Origin: an uncultured Verrucomicrobiae bacterium
GTDB lineage: Bacteria > Verrucomicrobiota > Verrucomicrobiia > Limisphaerales > UBA11358
Reading direction: 5' to 3'
DNA length: 64,000 nt
Assembly (NCBI GenBank): GCA_963764175.1
Contig: CAVXRE010000004.1
Coordinates: 7,184-71,183 of the forward strand
In this document: in pieces, positions 48,585-59,000 of the stretch
Numbering within the stretch: the first letter of the stretch is position 1
Layout of the letters: each line of letters starts with the position of its first letter
Notes under the pieces: model-generated
Told to the model about the DNA's origin: nothing
The model's database searches: none
What the model saw: the letters and a program-made list of their open reading frames with translations, nothing else
Translations under genes and position numbers: made by a program

Positions 48585-50261
48585 ATGAGTGCCAAATATA
48601 CCATGGGTCTGGATTACGGAACCAACTCCGTCCGCGCCCTCATCGTCAATACTGCCGATGGACATGAAGCCGGCACGGCCGTCTGGAATTACGAGCACGG
48701 AACCCAAGGCGTTATTCTGGGGCGCGATCCCAACCTCGCCCGGCAGCATCCCGCTGATTACATCCGGGGCGCGGAAATTACCATCCGGCGGGCGCTGGCG
48801 GATGCCAGAAGGAACGTGCGCGGTTTCCAACCAGATCAGGTCGTTGGAATTGGAGTGGACACCACCGGCAGCACGCCGTTGCCCGTGGACGCCAAGGGGC
48901 AGCCCCTCGCGTTTGACCGGCGGTTCGCCAAAAATCCGGCGGCGATGGCCTGGTTGTGGAAGGACCACACCGGCGTGGCCGAGGCCGCCGAAATCACCGC
49001 GCTGGCAAAAAAAATCCGTCCACAATTTCTTGCCAAATGCGGCGGGGTTTATTCCAGCGAATGGTTCTGGAGCAAGATTTTGCGCTGCTTGCGCATCGAG
49101 CCGGAAGTTTTCAACGCCGCGCATTCATGGGTGGAACTGGCGGACTACGTGCCCGCCGCCCTGACCGGCACGGAGCATCCGGACCGGTTCATCGCGGGCG
49201 TTTGCGCCGCCGGCCACAAGGCGATGTGGAACACCAAATGGGGAGGGTATCCCGATGCGCCATTTCTGGCCCGGCTTGATCCGAAGCTCGGCAAGCTTCG
49301 CGCCCGCCTGACGCCGCGCGTCCAGGCGATTGATCGCGCTGTCGGCGGGCTCACGGCTGCGTGGGCGAAAAAAACCGGTTTGCAGGCGGGAATTCCCGTC
49401 GCGGTCGGTGCGTTCGATGCGCACCTCGGTGCGGTTGGCTCCGGCATCGCTCCGGGAACGCTGGTTAAAATCATCGGGACCAGCACCTGCGACATCGCGG
49501 TCTGGCCCAGCACGGAAAAACTGGCGGATGTGCCGGGCCTGTGCGGCATCGTGGACGGGAGCGTGCTGCCGGGATATTTCGGGCTGGAAGCCGGCCAGTC
49601 CGCCGTGGGTGACATTTTCAACTGGTGGGTGAATTACATCCAGCCCGGCGGAAAAACTCCGCTGTCGCATCGGGAGCTCGACGCGGCGGCGTTGAGATTG
49701 AAGCCCGGCGAAAGCGGATTGCTGGCACTGGACTGGAACAACGGCAACCGGACGATTCTGGTGGACCAGCGGCTCACGGGCCTGCTCATCGGCCAGACGT
49801 TGTACACGACGCCGGTGGAGATTTACCGCGCGCTCATCGAAGCCACGGCGTTCGGCGCTTTGACAATCATCAACAGGTTTGAGGAATACGGGGTGAAGAT
49901 CCGGCAGGTCGTCAATTGCGGCGGCATTGCGGAAAAAAGCGCCATCACGATGCAGATTTACGCGGATGTGACCGGGCGGCCGATGAAAATTTCGCGTTCG
50001 GCGCAGACCTGCGCGCTCGGCTCTGCCATCGCGGCGGCGGTCGTTTCGGGGGCGCACAACAATTACGCCGCGGCGCAGAAGGCGATGACGGGGTTGAAAC
50101 CGAAGGTCTTCAGGCCCGATCCAAAAGCCCACGCGGTTTACAAAGAACTATTCGCGCTTTACAAACAACTCCACGATGCCTTTGGCACGAAAGAGTGGAA
50201 CGGGAATTTGCACGGCGTGATGAAGCAACTGATTGACATTCGCAACAAGGTACGGAAATAA
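48585..50261 (+). CDS. araB: L-ribulokinase
   Basis: [44 protein letters not shown]. Confidence 0.93.
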   Translation: MSAKYTMGLDYGTNSVRALIVNTADGHEAGTAVWNYEHGTQGVILGRDPNLARQHPADYIRGAEITIRRALADARRNVRGFQPDQVVGIGVDTTGSTPLPVDAKGQPLAFDRRFAKNPAAMAWLWKDHTGVAEAAEITALAKKIRPQFLAKCGGVYSSEWFWSKILRCLRIEPEVFNAAHSWVELADYVPAALTGTEHPDRFIAGVCAAGHKAMWNTKWGGYPDAPFLARLDPKLGKLRARLTPRVQAIDRAVGGLTAAWAKKTGLQAGIPVAVGAFDAHLGAVGSGIAPGTLVKIIGTSTCDIAVWPSTEKLADVPGLCGIVDGSVLPGYFGLEAGQSAVGDIFNWWVNYIQPGGKTPLSHRELDAAALRLKPGESGLLALDWNNGNRTILVDQRLTGLLIGQTLYTTPVEIYRALIEATAFGALTIINRFEEYGVKIRQVVNCGGIAEKSAITMQIYADVTGRPMKISRSAQTCALGSAIAAAVVSGAHNNYAAAQKAMTGLKPKVFRPDPKAHAVYKELFALYKQLHDAFGTKEWNGNLHGVMKQLIDIRNKVRK

Positions 50262-50275
50262 TTCCGCCAATCCCC

Positions 50276-50968
50276 ATGCTTGAGGAATTAAAGCGGCAGG
50301 TCTGCGAGGCGAACCTCGATTTGGTGAAGGAAGGTCTGGTCATTCAGACTTGGGGAAACGCCAGCGGCATTGACCACGCCAGCGGCCTTGTTGCCATCAA
50401 ACCGTCCGGCGTGCCTTACGCCAGCATGAAGCCGCAACACATGGTCGTCGTCTCGCTGGAAACGGGCAAGGTCGTTGACGGCTATCTCAAACCGAGTTCC
50501 GACACGCCGACGCACCTGCTGCTTTACCGCGCATTCCCGAAAATCGGCGGCATCGTTCATACGCACAGTCTTCATGCGACGGCTTGGGCGCAGGCACGAC
50601 GGGCGATTACTGCCTACGGCACAACACAGGCCGATTATTGGTATGGCGACGTGCCTTGCACCCGGCATCTCACGCCGCGGGAAATTAAAACGGATTACGA
50701 ATTGAACACCGGACGCGTCATCATCGAGACCTTCAAAAAAATGGATCCGCTGCAGCACCCCGCCGTCCTGGTGGCGAGCCACGGGCCTTTCACCTGGGGC
50801 GCAAACGTTGGCGAGGCGGTGCATAACGCGATCGCGCTGGAATTCGTCGCGCGGCTGGCGGGTGAAACGTTGCGCCTGAACCCGAAGACGAAGCCGATGC
50901 CGCCGGTCCTGCTCGACAAACATTTCCTCCGCAAGCACGGCCCCAAGGCGTATTACGGACAAAAATAA
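50276..50968 (+). CDS. araD: L-ribulose-5-phosphate 4-epimerase
   Basis: [44 protein letters not shown]. Confidence 0.95.
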   Translation: MLEELKRQVCEANLDLVKEGLVIQTWGNASGIDHASGLVAIKPSGVPYASMKPQHMVVVSLETGKVVDGYLKPSSDTPTHLLLYRAFPKIGGIVHTHSLHATAWAQARRAITAYGTTQADYWYGDVPCTRHLTPREIKTDYELNTGRVIIETFKKMDPLQHPAVLVASHGPFTWGANVGEAVHNAIALEFVARLAGETLRLNPKTKPMPPVLLDKHFLRKHGPKAYYGQK

Positions 50969-50986
50969 CGGAACCAAATATTGAAT

Positions 50987-52138
50987 ATGAATAAAGTTAT
51001 CTTCCTCGTCATGTTGGCATTAGCTGGACTGGGAATGGCCGGTCTGGCAGGCTGTGCCTCGATGTCAAAATCACTAGGAACCATCAGTCGGGCGCCTTTC
51101 GGCAAAACCACGAACGGCACCCCCGTCGAAATTTATACGCTGCGCAACAGCCATGGCATGGAAGCGCGCATAATGACTTACGGCGGGATTCTCGTGTCGC
51201 TCAAAGTACCGGACAAAAATGGCAAGCTCGACGACGTCGTGCTGGGTTATGACAGCCTCGACGGTTACCTTAAATCTTCGCCTTACTTCGGCGCGCTCAT
51301 CGGTCGCTACGGCAATCGCATCGCCGGCGGCAAGTTCACGCTCGAAGGCAAGGCTTACACGCTGGCGACGAACAACGGCCCCAATTCCCTCCACGGCGGC
51401 ATCAAGGGCTTTGACAAGGTGGTCTGGAAGGCAACTTCACTCCTGGCCGCCGACGGTCCCGCGCTGCAGCTCAACTACCTCAGCAAGGATGGTGAGGAAG
51501 GCTTTCCGGGCAACCTGAACGTCACCGCGGTCTATACCCTGACGGATGACAACGGGCTGCGCCTGGATTTCACCGCCACGACAGACCAGCCGACGCTGTG
51601 CAACCTGACGCATCATTCGTATTTCAACCTGGCCGGGCAGGGGAATGGCGATGTTCTCGGCCAAATTGTTTATATCAACGCGGACAGCTTCACACCCGTG
51701 GATTCCAATCTCATCACCACCGGCGAAATCAAGCCGGTGGACGGCACGCCGTTTGATTTTCGCAAGCCGACCGCCATTGGTTCCCGCATCAACAGTGGCG
51801 ACGAGCAAATAAAATTCGGCAATGGCTACGACCACAACTGGGTCATCAACAAACCACCGGGCCGGCTCGGCCTCATGGCGCGCGCCAGCGATCCGGCCAG
51901 TGGCCGGGTCATGGAAGTCTGGAGCACCGAACCTGGCATGCAGTTTTACACCGGCAATTTCCTCGACGGCAGCATCACCGGCAAGGGCGGCAAGGTTTAT
52001 CAGCGCCGCTTCGCCTTCTGCATGGAACCGCATCATTATCCCGATTCGCCGAACAAGCCGCAGTTTCCCACCACTGAATTGAAACCCGGCGAGACGTATA
52101 GCAATACAATCATTTACAAGTTCTCCGTGCAGCCCTGA
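50987..52138 (+). CDS. galM: Aldose 1-epimerase (mutarotase), predicted lipoprotein
   Basis: GRYGNRI, LHGG, NLTHHSYFNL, GYDHN, QFYTGN; lipobox LAGC. Confidence 0.92.
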   Translation: MNKVIFLVMLALAGLGMAGLAGCASMSKSLGTISRAPFGKTTNGTPVEIYTLRNSHGMEARIMTYGGILVSLKVPDKNGKLDDVVLGYDSLDGYLKSSPYFGALIGRYGNRIAGGKFTLEGKAYTLATNNGPNSLHGGIKGFDKVVWKATSLLAADGPALQLNYLSKDGEEGFPGNLNVTAVYTLTDDNGLRLDFTATTDQPTLCNLTHHSYFNLAGQGNGDVLGQIVYINADSFTPVDSNLITTGEIKPVDGTPFDFRKPTAIGSRINSGDEQIKFGNGYDHNWVINKPPGRLGLMARASDPASGRVMEVWSTEPGMQFYTGNFLDGSITGKGGKVYQRRFAFCMEPHHYPDSPNKPQFPTTELKPGETYSNTIIYKFSVQP

Positions 52139-52168
52139 CCCGCCTCACCCAAACCGCAGGTTCAGCTT

Positions 52169-53992
52169 ATGGAAAATACTGTGACCAACGTGGCCGATGC
52201 CGCCACCAACGCCGTCGCCGCCGTCACGGCGGCATCAAATACCGGAACCGTTTTCAATGGGCTCGACTGGTTCGTGATCGCCTTGTTCGGCTTGGGCATG
52301 ATCGCGACCGTCTGGTATTCGATGCGGAAGAAGAACGAGTCGGGCAAGGACTACTTCCTGTCCGGCCGTGACGCCAACTGGCTACAGATTGGTTCTTCGA
52401 TTTTTTCCTCGAACATCGGCTCCGAGCACCTCGTCGGTCTTGCCGGCGCCGGCTTTCTCACCGGCATGGCGATGGCGCATTGGGAAATGCATGCCTACTG
52501 GATCATCATTCTGGGCTGGGCGTTCGTGCCGATCTACGACCGCATGAAAATATTCACCATGCCGGAATTTCTCGAGCTCCGCTTCAGCCGCGGTTCGCGC
52601 AATGTCTTGAGCCTGCTCACCATGGCCAGCTTGGTGTTGACGAAAATCGCCGCGACAATTTACGCCGGTGACGTCGTCATCCGCACGCTGTTGAACGTGG
52701 ATCATGTGACTATTTTCGGACACCAGATCGATGTCTTCTGGGTTATTGCCTTGAGTCTGGCGGCGACCACCGGCCTTTACACCATCTTCGGCGGCATGCG
52801 CGTGATCATGTACACCGCTGTGCTCCAGGCGCCGGTGCTCATCTTCGGTTCCGTCTGCATTCTTTACACGGGACTTCACGTTCTGGGCCACGGAAGCCTC
52901 ATTGACGGCTGGCATGCCACCCTCGCCACGGTCGGTGATAATGTGCATTTGATACGTTCGGTTCATGACCCGGTCTGGTCGTGGACTGCCGTTTTGCCGG
53001 CATCCGCCATCATCGGTTTCTGGTATTGGTGTACCGACCAATACATCGTCCAGCGCGTGCTCGCCGGCAAAAATCAGCAGGAATCCCGCCGTGGCACCAT
53101 CCTCGCCGGCTTCTTCAAGCTGACCCCGGTGTTCATCTTCCTCGTGCCGGGCATGATTGCCTTCGCGCTGACCAAGACGCCAGGCGTTGGTTTTAGCACC
53201 AACGGTGACGCCGCTTACACCTCGCTCGTGGCGCAAATCCTGCCGCACGGCCTGCGCGGCATGGTGGCCTGCGGCATGATCGTCGCCCTCATGGCGTCGC
53301 TCGGCTCCAAATTCAACGCCTCCGCCACACTCTTCACCATGGATTTCTACCGGGAATGGTATCCCAATGCCTCCGGCCGAACTGAAGTGTTCGTCGGCCG
53401 GCTGGCGACTGCGGCCATTGTGTTTCTCGGGATTTGCTGGGTGCTGGTCATCAAGAGCCTGCATTCCAACCTTTATGTTTACCTCCAAAGCGTGCAGGGC
53501 TATCTCTCGCCGGCCATTGCCGTGCTTTTCGTAATGGGAGTTTTCTGGAAACGGGCCACCGCCCCGGCCGCCTTGTGGTCCTTCTCAATCGGCGTGGTGG
53601 GTGGCTTCACCCGTTTGGCTGCGGATATTTTTATGCGAAGTCACGAAACCGTTGTGGGTGATGCGAAAAACAATCTCTATCACGGTGTGATTACCTTGGA
53701 TCAATACAAGGCGATCATCGCACCCATTCAGCAAAAATACGGACTGATTTATGATTTATGGACCATCAACTGGCTTTATTACTGCCAGATATTGTTTGTC
53801 CTCACCGCCGTATTGATGGTCGTCATCAGTCTCCTGACCAAGGCGCCGGACCCCAAGACCGTCAAATACACATGGTATGGCGCCAGCCCGGAGGAAAAGG
53901 CCGCCACCAAAGCCAGTTGGAACGCCTTGGACGTCGTCCTGAGCCTGATTGTCATCGCCTGCGTCGTCCTGTTTTACATCGAGTTCTGGTGA
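52169..53992 (+). CDS. Sodium:solute symporter (SGLT-like sugar transporter)
   Basis: YFLSGR, SNIGSEHLVGLAG, TMPEFL, WYWCTDQYIVQR. Confidence 0.93.
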   Translation: MENTVTNVADAATNAVAAVTAASNTGTVFNGLDWFVIALFGLGMIATVWYSMRKKNESGKDYFLSGRDANWLQIGSSIFSSNIGSEHLVGLAGAGFLTGMAMAHWEMHAYWIIILGWAFVPIYDRMKIFTMPEFLELRFSRGSRNVLSLLTMASLVLTKIAATIYAGDVVIRTLLNVDHVTIFGHQIDVFWVIALSLAATTGLYTIFGGMRVIMYTAVLQAPVLIFGSVCILYTGLHVLGHGSLIDGWHATLATVGDNVHLIRSVHDPVWSWTAVLPASAIIGFWYWCTDQYIVQRVLAGKNQQESRRGTILAGFFKLTPVFIFLVPGMIAFALTKTPGVGFSTNGDAAYTSLVAQILPHGLRGMVACGMIVALMASLGSKFNASATLFTMDFYREWYPNASGRTEVFVGRLATAAIVFLGICWVLVIKSLHSNLYVYLQSVQGYLSPAIAVLFVMGVFWKRATAPAALWSFSIGVVGGFTRLAADIFMRSHETVVGDAKNNLYHGVITLDQYKAIIAPIQQKYGLIYDLWTINWLYYCQILFVLTAVLMVVISLLTKAPDPKTVKYTWYGASPEEKAATKASWNALDVVLSLIVIACVVLFYIEFW

Positions 53993-54008
53993 TCAAATCA
54001 TCCGCTGG

Positions 54009-54040
54009 AAGGCTGCGGCATGAATGGGCCGCAGCCTTTT
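54009..54040 (+). terminator. Hairpin/terminator between symporter and GH27 genes
   Basis: aaggctgcggc-atgaatgg-gccgcagcctt followed by a short T run. Confidence 0.55.
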
Positions 54041-54045
54041 GATTT

Positions 54046-55701
54046 ATGACCACAAAAAAGTTTATCGGGCTTTGCTGGGCTGCCGGATTGCTTTTGGCGG
54101 CAAATTGTTCGCAGGCGCAGGTTGTTTCACTCACCACCAACCTCACTGCGCATGAGGAACAAATCATCGCCGCCGCCAAAGCTGATGCCGCGCCCTGGTT
54201 CAACGGCGCCCGCCTCATCGGCACCCGCCCCGGCACGCCGTTCCTGCATTCACTGGCGGTGACCGGCGTACGCCCCATGACTTTTTCCGCGGGAAATCTG
54301 CCGGCCGGTTTGTCGCTTGATTCGAAAACCGGAATAATCACTGGATCAGTCAAAAGGGCAGGGGAATACGCCGTCAAAGTCACCGCAAAAAATCCGGCCG
54401 GCAAAGCCAGAACGGAAATCAAAATCATTTGCGGGGAAACGCTGGCGCTCACCCCGCCGATGGGCTGGAACAGTTATGATGCCTTTGGCGACAACGTCGT
54501 CGAGTCTGAGGTCCTGGCAAATGCGCGTTACGTGGCGGAGAAGCTGCAGCCGGTCGGCTGGGACACGGTCGTCGTGGATTACTGCTGGTCCGACCCCGGC
54601 GCGCACGACAACAACCGCGACGCCCGCGCCGATGCGTCGCTGGCCATGGACAATTTCGGACGGCTTCTGCCGGCAACAAATCGCTTTCCCTCCGCTGTTT
54701 GCGGAGCGGGGTTCAAACCGCTAGCCGATGCGGTTCACGGTCTGGGCTTGAAATTCGGCATCCACGTCATGCGCGGAATTCCACGCAATTCCGTCAAGGC
54801 AAACCTGTCCATCGAAGGTTCAAATTTCACCGCTGCGGACGCCGCCAATACGAACAGCAAATGCGTCTGGTGCCCGGACATGTTTGGCGTGAACAGCAAT
54901 GCCGCTGGCCAGGCATGGTATGATTCCTGTGCGCGGCTGTGGGCAGGGTGGGGCGTGGATTACATCAAAGTGGACGACCTGTCGTCGCCTTACCATGCCG
55001 CCGAGGTGGAGATGATCCGCCAGGCGATTGACCGGTGCGGCCGCAGCATCATCTTCAGCACATCGCCGGGCGAAACGCCTTTTGCCGATGCCGCGCACAT
55101 TTCGACGCACGCAAATCTCTGGCGCGTCTCCGGCGATTTTTGGGACGACTGGAAATCGCTCAACCACGAGTTTACGCTCGGCGCACACTGGCGCGATTTT
55201 GCCGGGCCAGGCCATTGGCCGGACGCGGACATGCTGCCAGTCGGCCATCTTTCCGTCGGCAACCGCTCCGTCGGCCCCGACCGGTTCACCCGATTCACGC
55301 GGGACGAACAACTCACGCACATTTCGCTCTGGTGCCTGCTCCCTTCGCCGCTGATGATTAGCGCGAACCTGCCGGACAACGACGACTGGACGACGGCATT
55401 GTTGACGAATCCTGAAGTGCTTGCGGTGAACCAGGACGCGGCGGGCAAGCCAGCGCGAAGAGCAACCGGGTTACCGCAAGCGGCGGATATCTGGATGAAA
55501 GAACTGAAAGATGGGTCTTTGGCCGTCGGATTTTTCAATCGGACCGACCAGGCGGTAAAAACGGATTTTCCATGGCGCAATCTTGGATTCCGGTCCGCGC
55601 CAAAAGTCCGCGACTTGTGGTTGCGGAAGGATTTGGGACGGCAGAGATGCTTCGTCACCGAGCTTCCGCCTCACGGCTGCGCCTTGCTGCGGGTGAAATG
55701 A
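54046..55701 (+). CDS. Exported GH27 glycoside hydrolase with N-terminal putative Ig domain
   Basis: Signal peptide, LPAGLSLD..TG.ITG, TPPMGWNS, GVDYIKVDD, WRVSGDFWD, WPDADMLP. Confidence 0.9.
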   Translation: MTTKKFIGLCWAAGLLLAANCSQAQVVSLTTNLTAHEEQIIAAAKADAAPWFNGARLIGTRPGTPFLHSLAVTGVRPMTFSAGNLPAGLSLDSKTGIITGSVKRAGEYAVKVTAKNPAGKARTEIKIICGETLALTPPMGWNSYDAFGDNVVESEVLANARYVAEKLQPVGWDTVVVDYCWSDPGAHDNNRDARADASLAMDNFGRLLPATNRFPSAVCGAGFKPLADAVHGLGLKFGIHVMRGIPRNSVKANLSIEGSNFTAADAANTNSKCVWCPDMFGVNSNAAGQAWYDSCARLWAGWGVDYIKVDDLSSPYHAAEVEMIRQAIDRCGRSIIFSTSPGETPFADAAHISTHANLWRVSGDFWDDWKSLNHEFTLGAHWRDFAGPGHWPDADMLPVGHLSVGNRSVGPDRFTRFTRDEQLTHISLWCLLPSPLMISANLPDNDDWTTALLTNPEVLAVNQDAAGKPARRATGLPQAADIWMKELKDGSLAVGFFNRTDQAVKTDFPWRNLGFRSAPKVRDLWLRKDLGRQRCFVTELPPHGCALLRVK

Positions 55702-56020
55702 TCTGACCATGTGCCTTTGGCAAGTGTATCACATTAGCACTGGCGAGGTAACCACACTTGGATGAAAAAAGATGTTTTGAGTTGCTTTTTTTTGAGGCTT
55801 GTGTTCATTGAGAAAAACTTGAGCAAGAAATGTTCAGGTATCGGATATCGGGGCGCTGCGAATTTGGGGTTTAATCGCATGAATGGAATAAATAAGGAGC
55901 CGGTCGCCTGGCTGGCAATTTTGCGCACAAAAGCCGTTCAAGAGATGCGCTGGCTCGGGATGTCTGTTACCTCGTATCTTGCCTCGTATTTTCTAAAACA
56001 CGATCACCAACTCCTCTAAA

Positions 56021-59000
56021 ATGAAAAACCACAGTCTCGTTACGGGCGGCCGGTTTTTGCGTGTTATTCCAACTGTTTGTTTTTTTGCCGCGGCTGCTTT
56101 GACGGCCCGGGCGGTGGATTTGGTGCAGGAGTTCTATCTGCCGATGCCGGAGGCCCAGATTTATCAGGCGAATAATTCAATCATCAGCGGCACGGGTTCG
56201 ACGATTGCCTCGACGTTTTCCATCGTGGTCACGGCCAATGGCACGATAATTTACTATGATCAGTGGGAGGACGGCTACGAAACCGACTTGAGCAACCCGA
56301 CCCAGCCGACGACGCAAATTTGGGGCGATGGCAACGACGCAGACGGCATTCCGCCGGGCTTCGCGCACAATCCCCTGGGGCTGCCTGCTGGCACGGTAAT
56401 CACGCTGACGAACAACGTGACACTTCCGAGAAATCCCTCCACGATTTTGTGGGACGCCCGCGACCGGATTGCGGCCAACAAGGCGATCATCATCACTCGC
56501 GCAGCCTGGCCGGTCAATCCGGGCCCGGTTTTCGCCGGGGCGGTCAGTGTTTTGTCCACCATGGACTACGGGACGAATTATATCAGCCCGGTCGGGCAGA
56601 ATCTGACCAACAACCTCTTCAAATACGTCGGGATGTTCATCATGGCGGCGCAGGACAACACGTTGGTGACGATTGATCCCAATGGCAACGGCGTGGGCAC
56701 GACCAACATTGTATTAAACCAGGGGGAATCGTATCTGGTGAACGGCGGGCTTTTGAAAGGTGGCCGGGTCACGGCCACCCAGCCAATTCAGGCTGACCTT
56801 ATCATCGGCCACGTTGGCGCGGGCTATGCCAGCGACTGGTTCACGTTGTATCCGGTACAGGAATGGAGCAGCAGTTACTACACACCCGTTGGTTCGGCGG
56901 CGACAGTTAATCAACCTGCTTATGTTTATCTTTATAATCCCAACACCAACGCCATCACCATCAATTACAACACCAAGGTCGGTTCTGGCAGTTTTTCCGT
57001 GCCGGGTACCAACGGTGTCTTCCAGTTTCAAATGCCGGTGGGTTCCGGCGCAGGCTTCGTGAGCGCTGGCGGGCAAAACTTTTATGCCCTGTGCACGGTG
57101 GCCGCGAACAATTCGTCCGACACCGCCTACAACTGGGGGTTCACACTGGTGCCGCAAACCGCCTTGACTACCGTCGCTGATGTAGGGTGGGCGCCGGGCA
57201 GCTCGGACGGCACGGTTGATGGCAGCCCGGTATGGGTGACCACGCTGGGGAACACCACGGTTTATGTGGATTATCATGGTGATACCAACGGCCCAATCAC
57301 CGACCCGGATGGCAATCGATGCGACACAAACTTTACCGTTTCCACATTGCAATCCTTGAAGATTTACGACCCGAGCAAAAACCAGACGGGCATGAGGGTT
57401 TATACCGTGGATGGCACTCTGCTCACGGCGGCGTGGGGCGAAGACCCGGATGTGGCCCAGCCCGGCAATCCTTACATTGATGCCGGCACGACGGTGCTGC
57501 CGTTTCCGGTGCCGGTGTTGATCAAATCCGCCGTCATTGTCACTGACACGCCGCCGACGGGCTTGAGCGTGGGCGACACAATTGCCTACACCGTCACGGT
57601 GGACAACAAGGGCCTGTTGCCTTTGGGCAACACCCTGGTCATTGATGCGCCCTCGACCAATCTGCTCTACCTCACTAACTCCACCACTTACAACGGCAGC
57701 CCAATCCCCGACAGCACGACCGGCACACCGTTCCCGCTGGATGCGCCAGGCTACACCATTCCGGTGATCCTGAGCCAGGGAACCAGCACGTTCACTTACC
57801 TGTGCAAAGTGACCGCCGGCGGTGCCGTCAGTAACAGCGTTAACATTGGAGGAAGTTCCATTTATTCGCAGGCTTTTCTTGCACCGCCGCCGCCCAACGG
57901 GGCTTCGGTCAGCTTGAATTTTACCGACACGAATGGCGTGCCGCTGAATGTCTATGCAGTCGGCGCGAACGTGTTTGTGACGATGACCAATGCCGCAGGC
58001 AACACCTCCTCCAACACGATGCAGACGATTTCCGTGACAGTGCAAGATTTGACGCATGGCGACCTGGAAACCATCGCACTTTTGGAAACCGGCACGAACA
58101 CCGGCATTTTCCGCAATGTTGTCGGACTGCCGACCTCCGCCTCCGCCGGGCTGGCGCAACAGGACGGCATTTTAAACGTCACCCCCGGCGACACTTTGAG
58201 TGTGAGCTACATCGACCCGAATTTTGGTGATGGCGCCACCAACACAGCTGTGATTCAGATTCCCACGCTGAGCAAACAGCTTTACTTGAGTGTCAATGGC
58301 TCGACCAACGGGGTGCAGGATTTGAACCGCACTGATCCCGTTGCCAATGGCCACGGCCCGGTTCACACCAGTGTTGACATCGGCGGACCTTGGTCATACC
58401 GGCAGGCGATCACAATCAACCATGCAAATGTTTCTGGCACGGATCAGACCAACTTCCCGGTCCTGATAAATCTGGCATCCAATACCGGCCTGCAAAATCA
58501 TGCTCAGGCCAGCGGCAATGACATCCGTTTCACCGCGAGCGATGGCTTTACTGTTTTGCCTTACGAGCGGGAAAAATACACGAGTACCAACGGGGCATTG
58601 GTCGCATGGGTGAACGTTCCCATTCTCAGTCACACCACCGACACGGTGTTGTTTATGTATTACGGCAACAGTTCAGCTTCCGACCAGCAGAACAAGACCG
58701 CCGTTTGGGACACCAACTATCTGGGAGTCTGGCACCTTGGCCAGACCCCGACTGGAGCTTCGGGGGATATGGCGGACTCCACGGCTGGCGCCAACAATGG
58801 CACCAGCCAGACGATAGCCGCTTCTGCGCAAGTTCCCGGCAAAATTGACGGCAGCCTTACTTTGGACGGCACCAGCGATTACATTTCCACGGCGACACAG
58901 TTTCCTCTTGGCCAGACTAATGTCACAGTGCAAGTTTGGGCCAAGACGACCAGCACAACCGGTACAAAAGTCGTGGGCTATGAGGTCAACCAAACCGGCA

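Noticed and set aside
55762..56019. 85-aa ORF upstream of the giant gene
   Set aside because: No recognisable features; likely promoter or leader DNA
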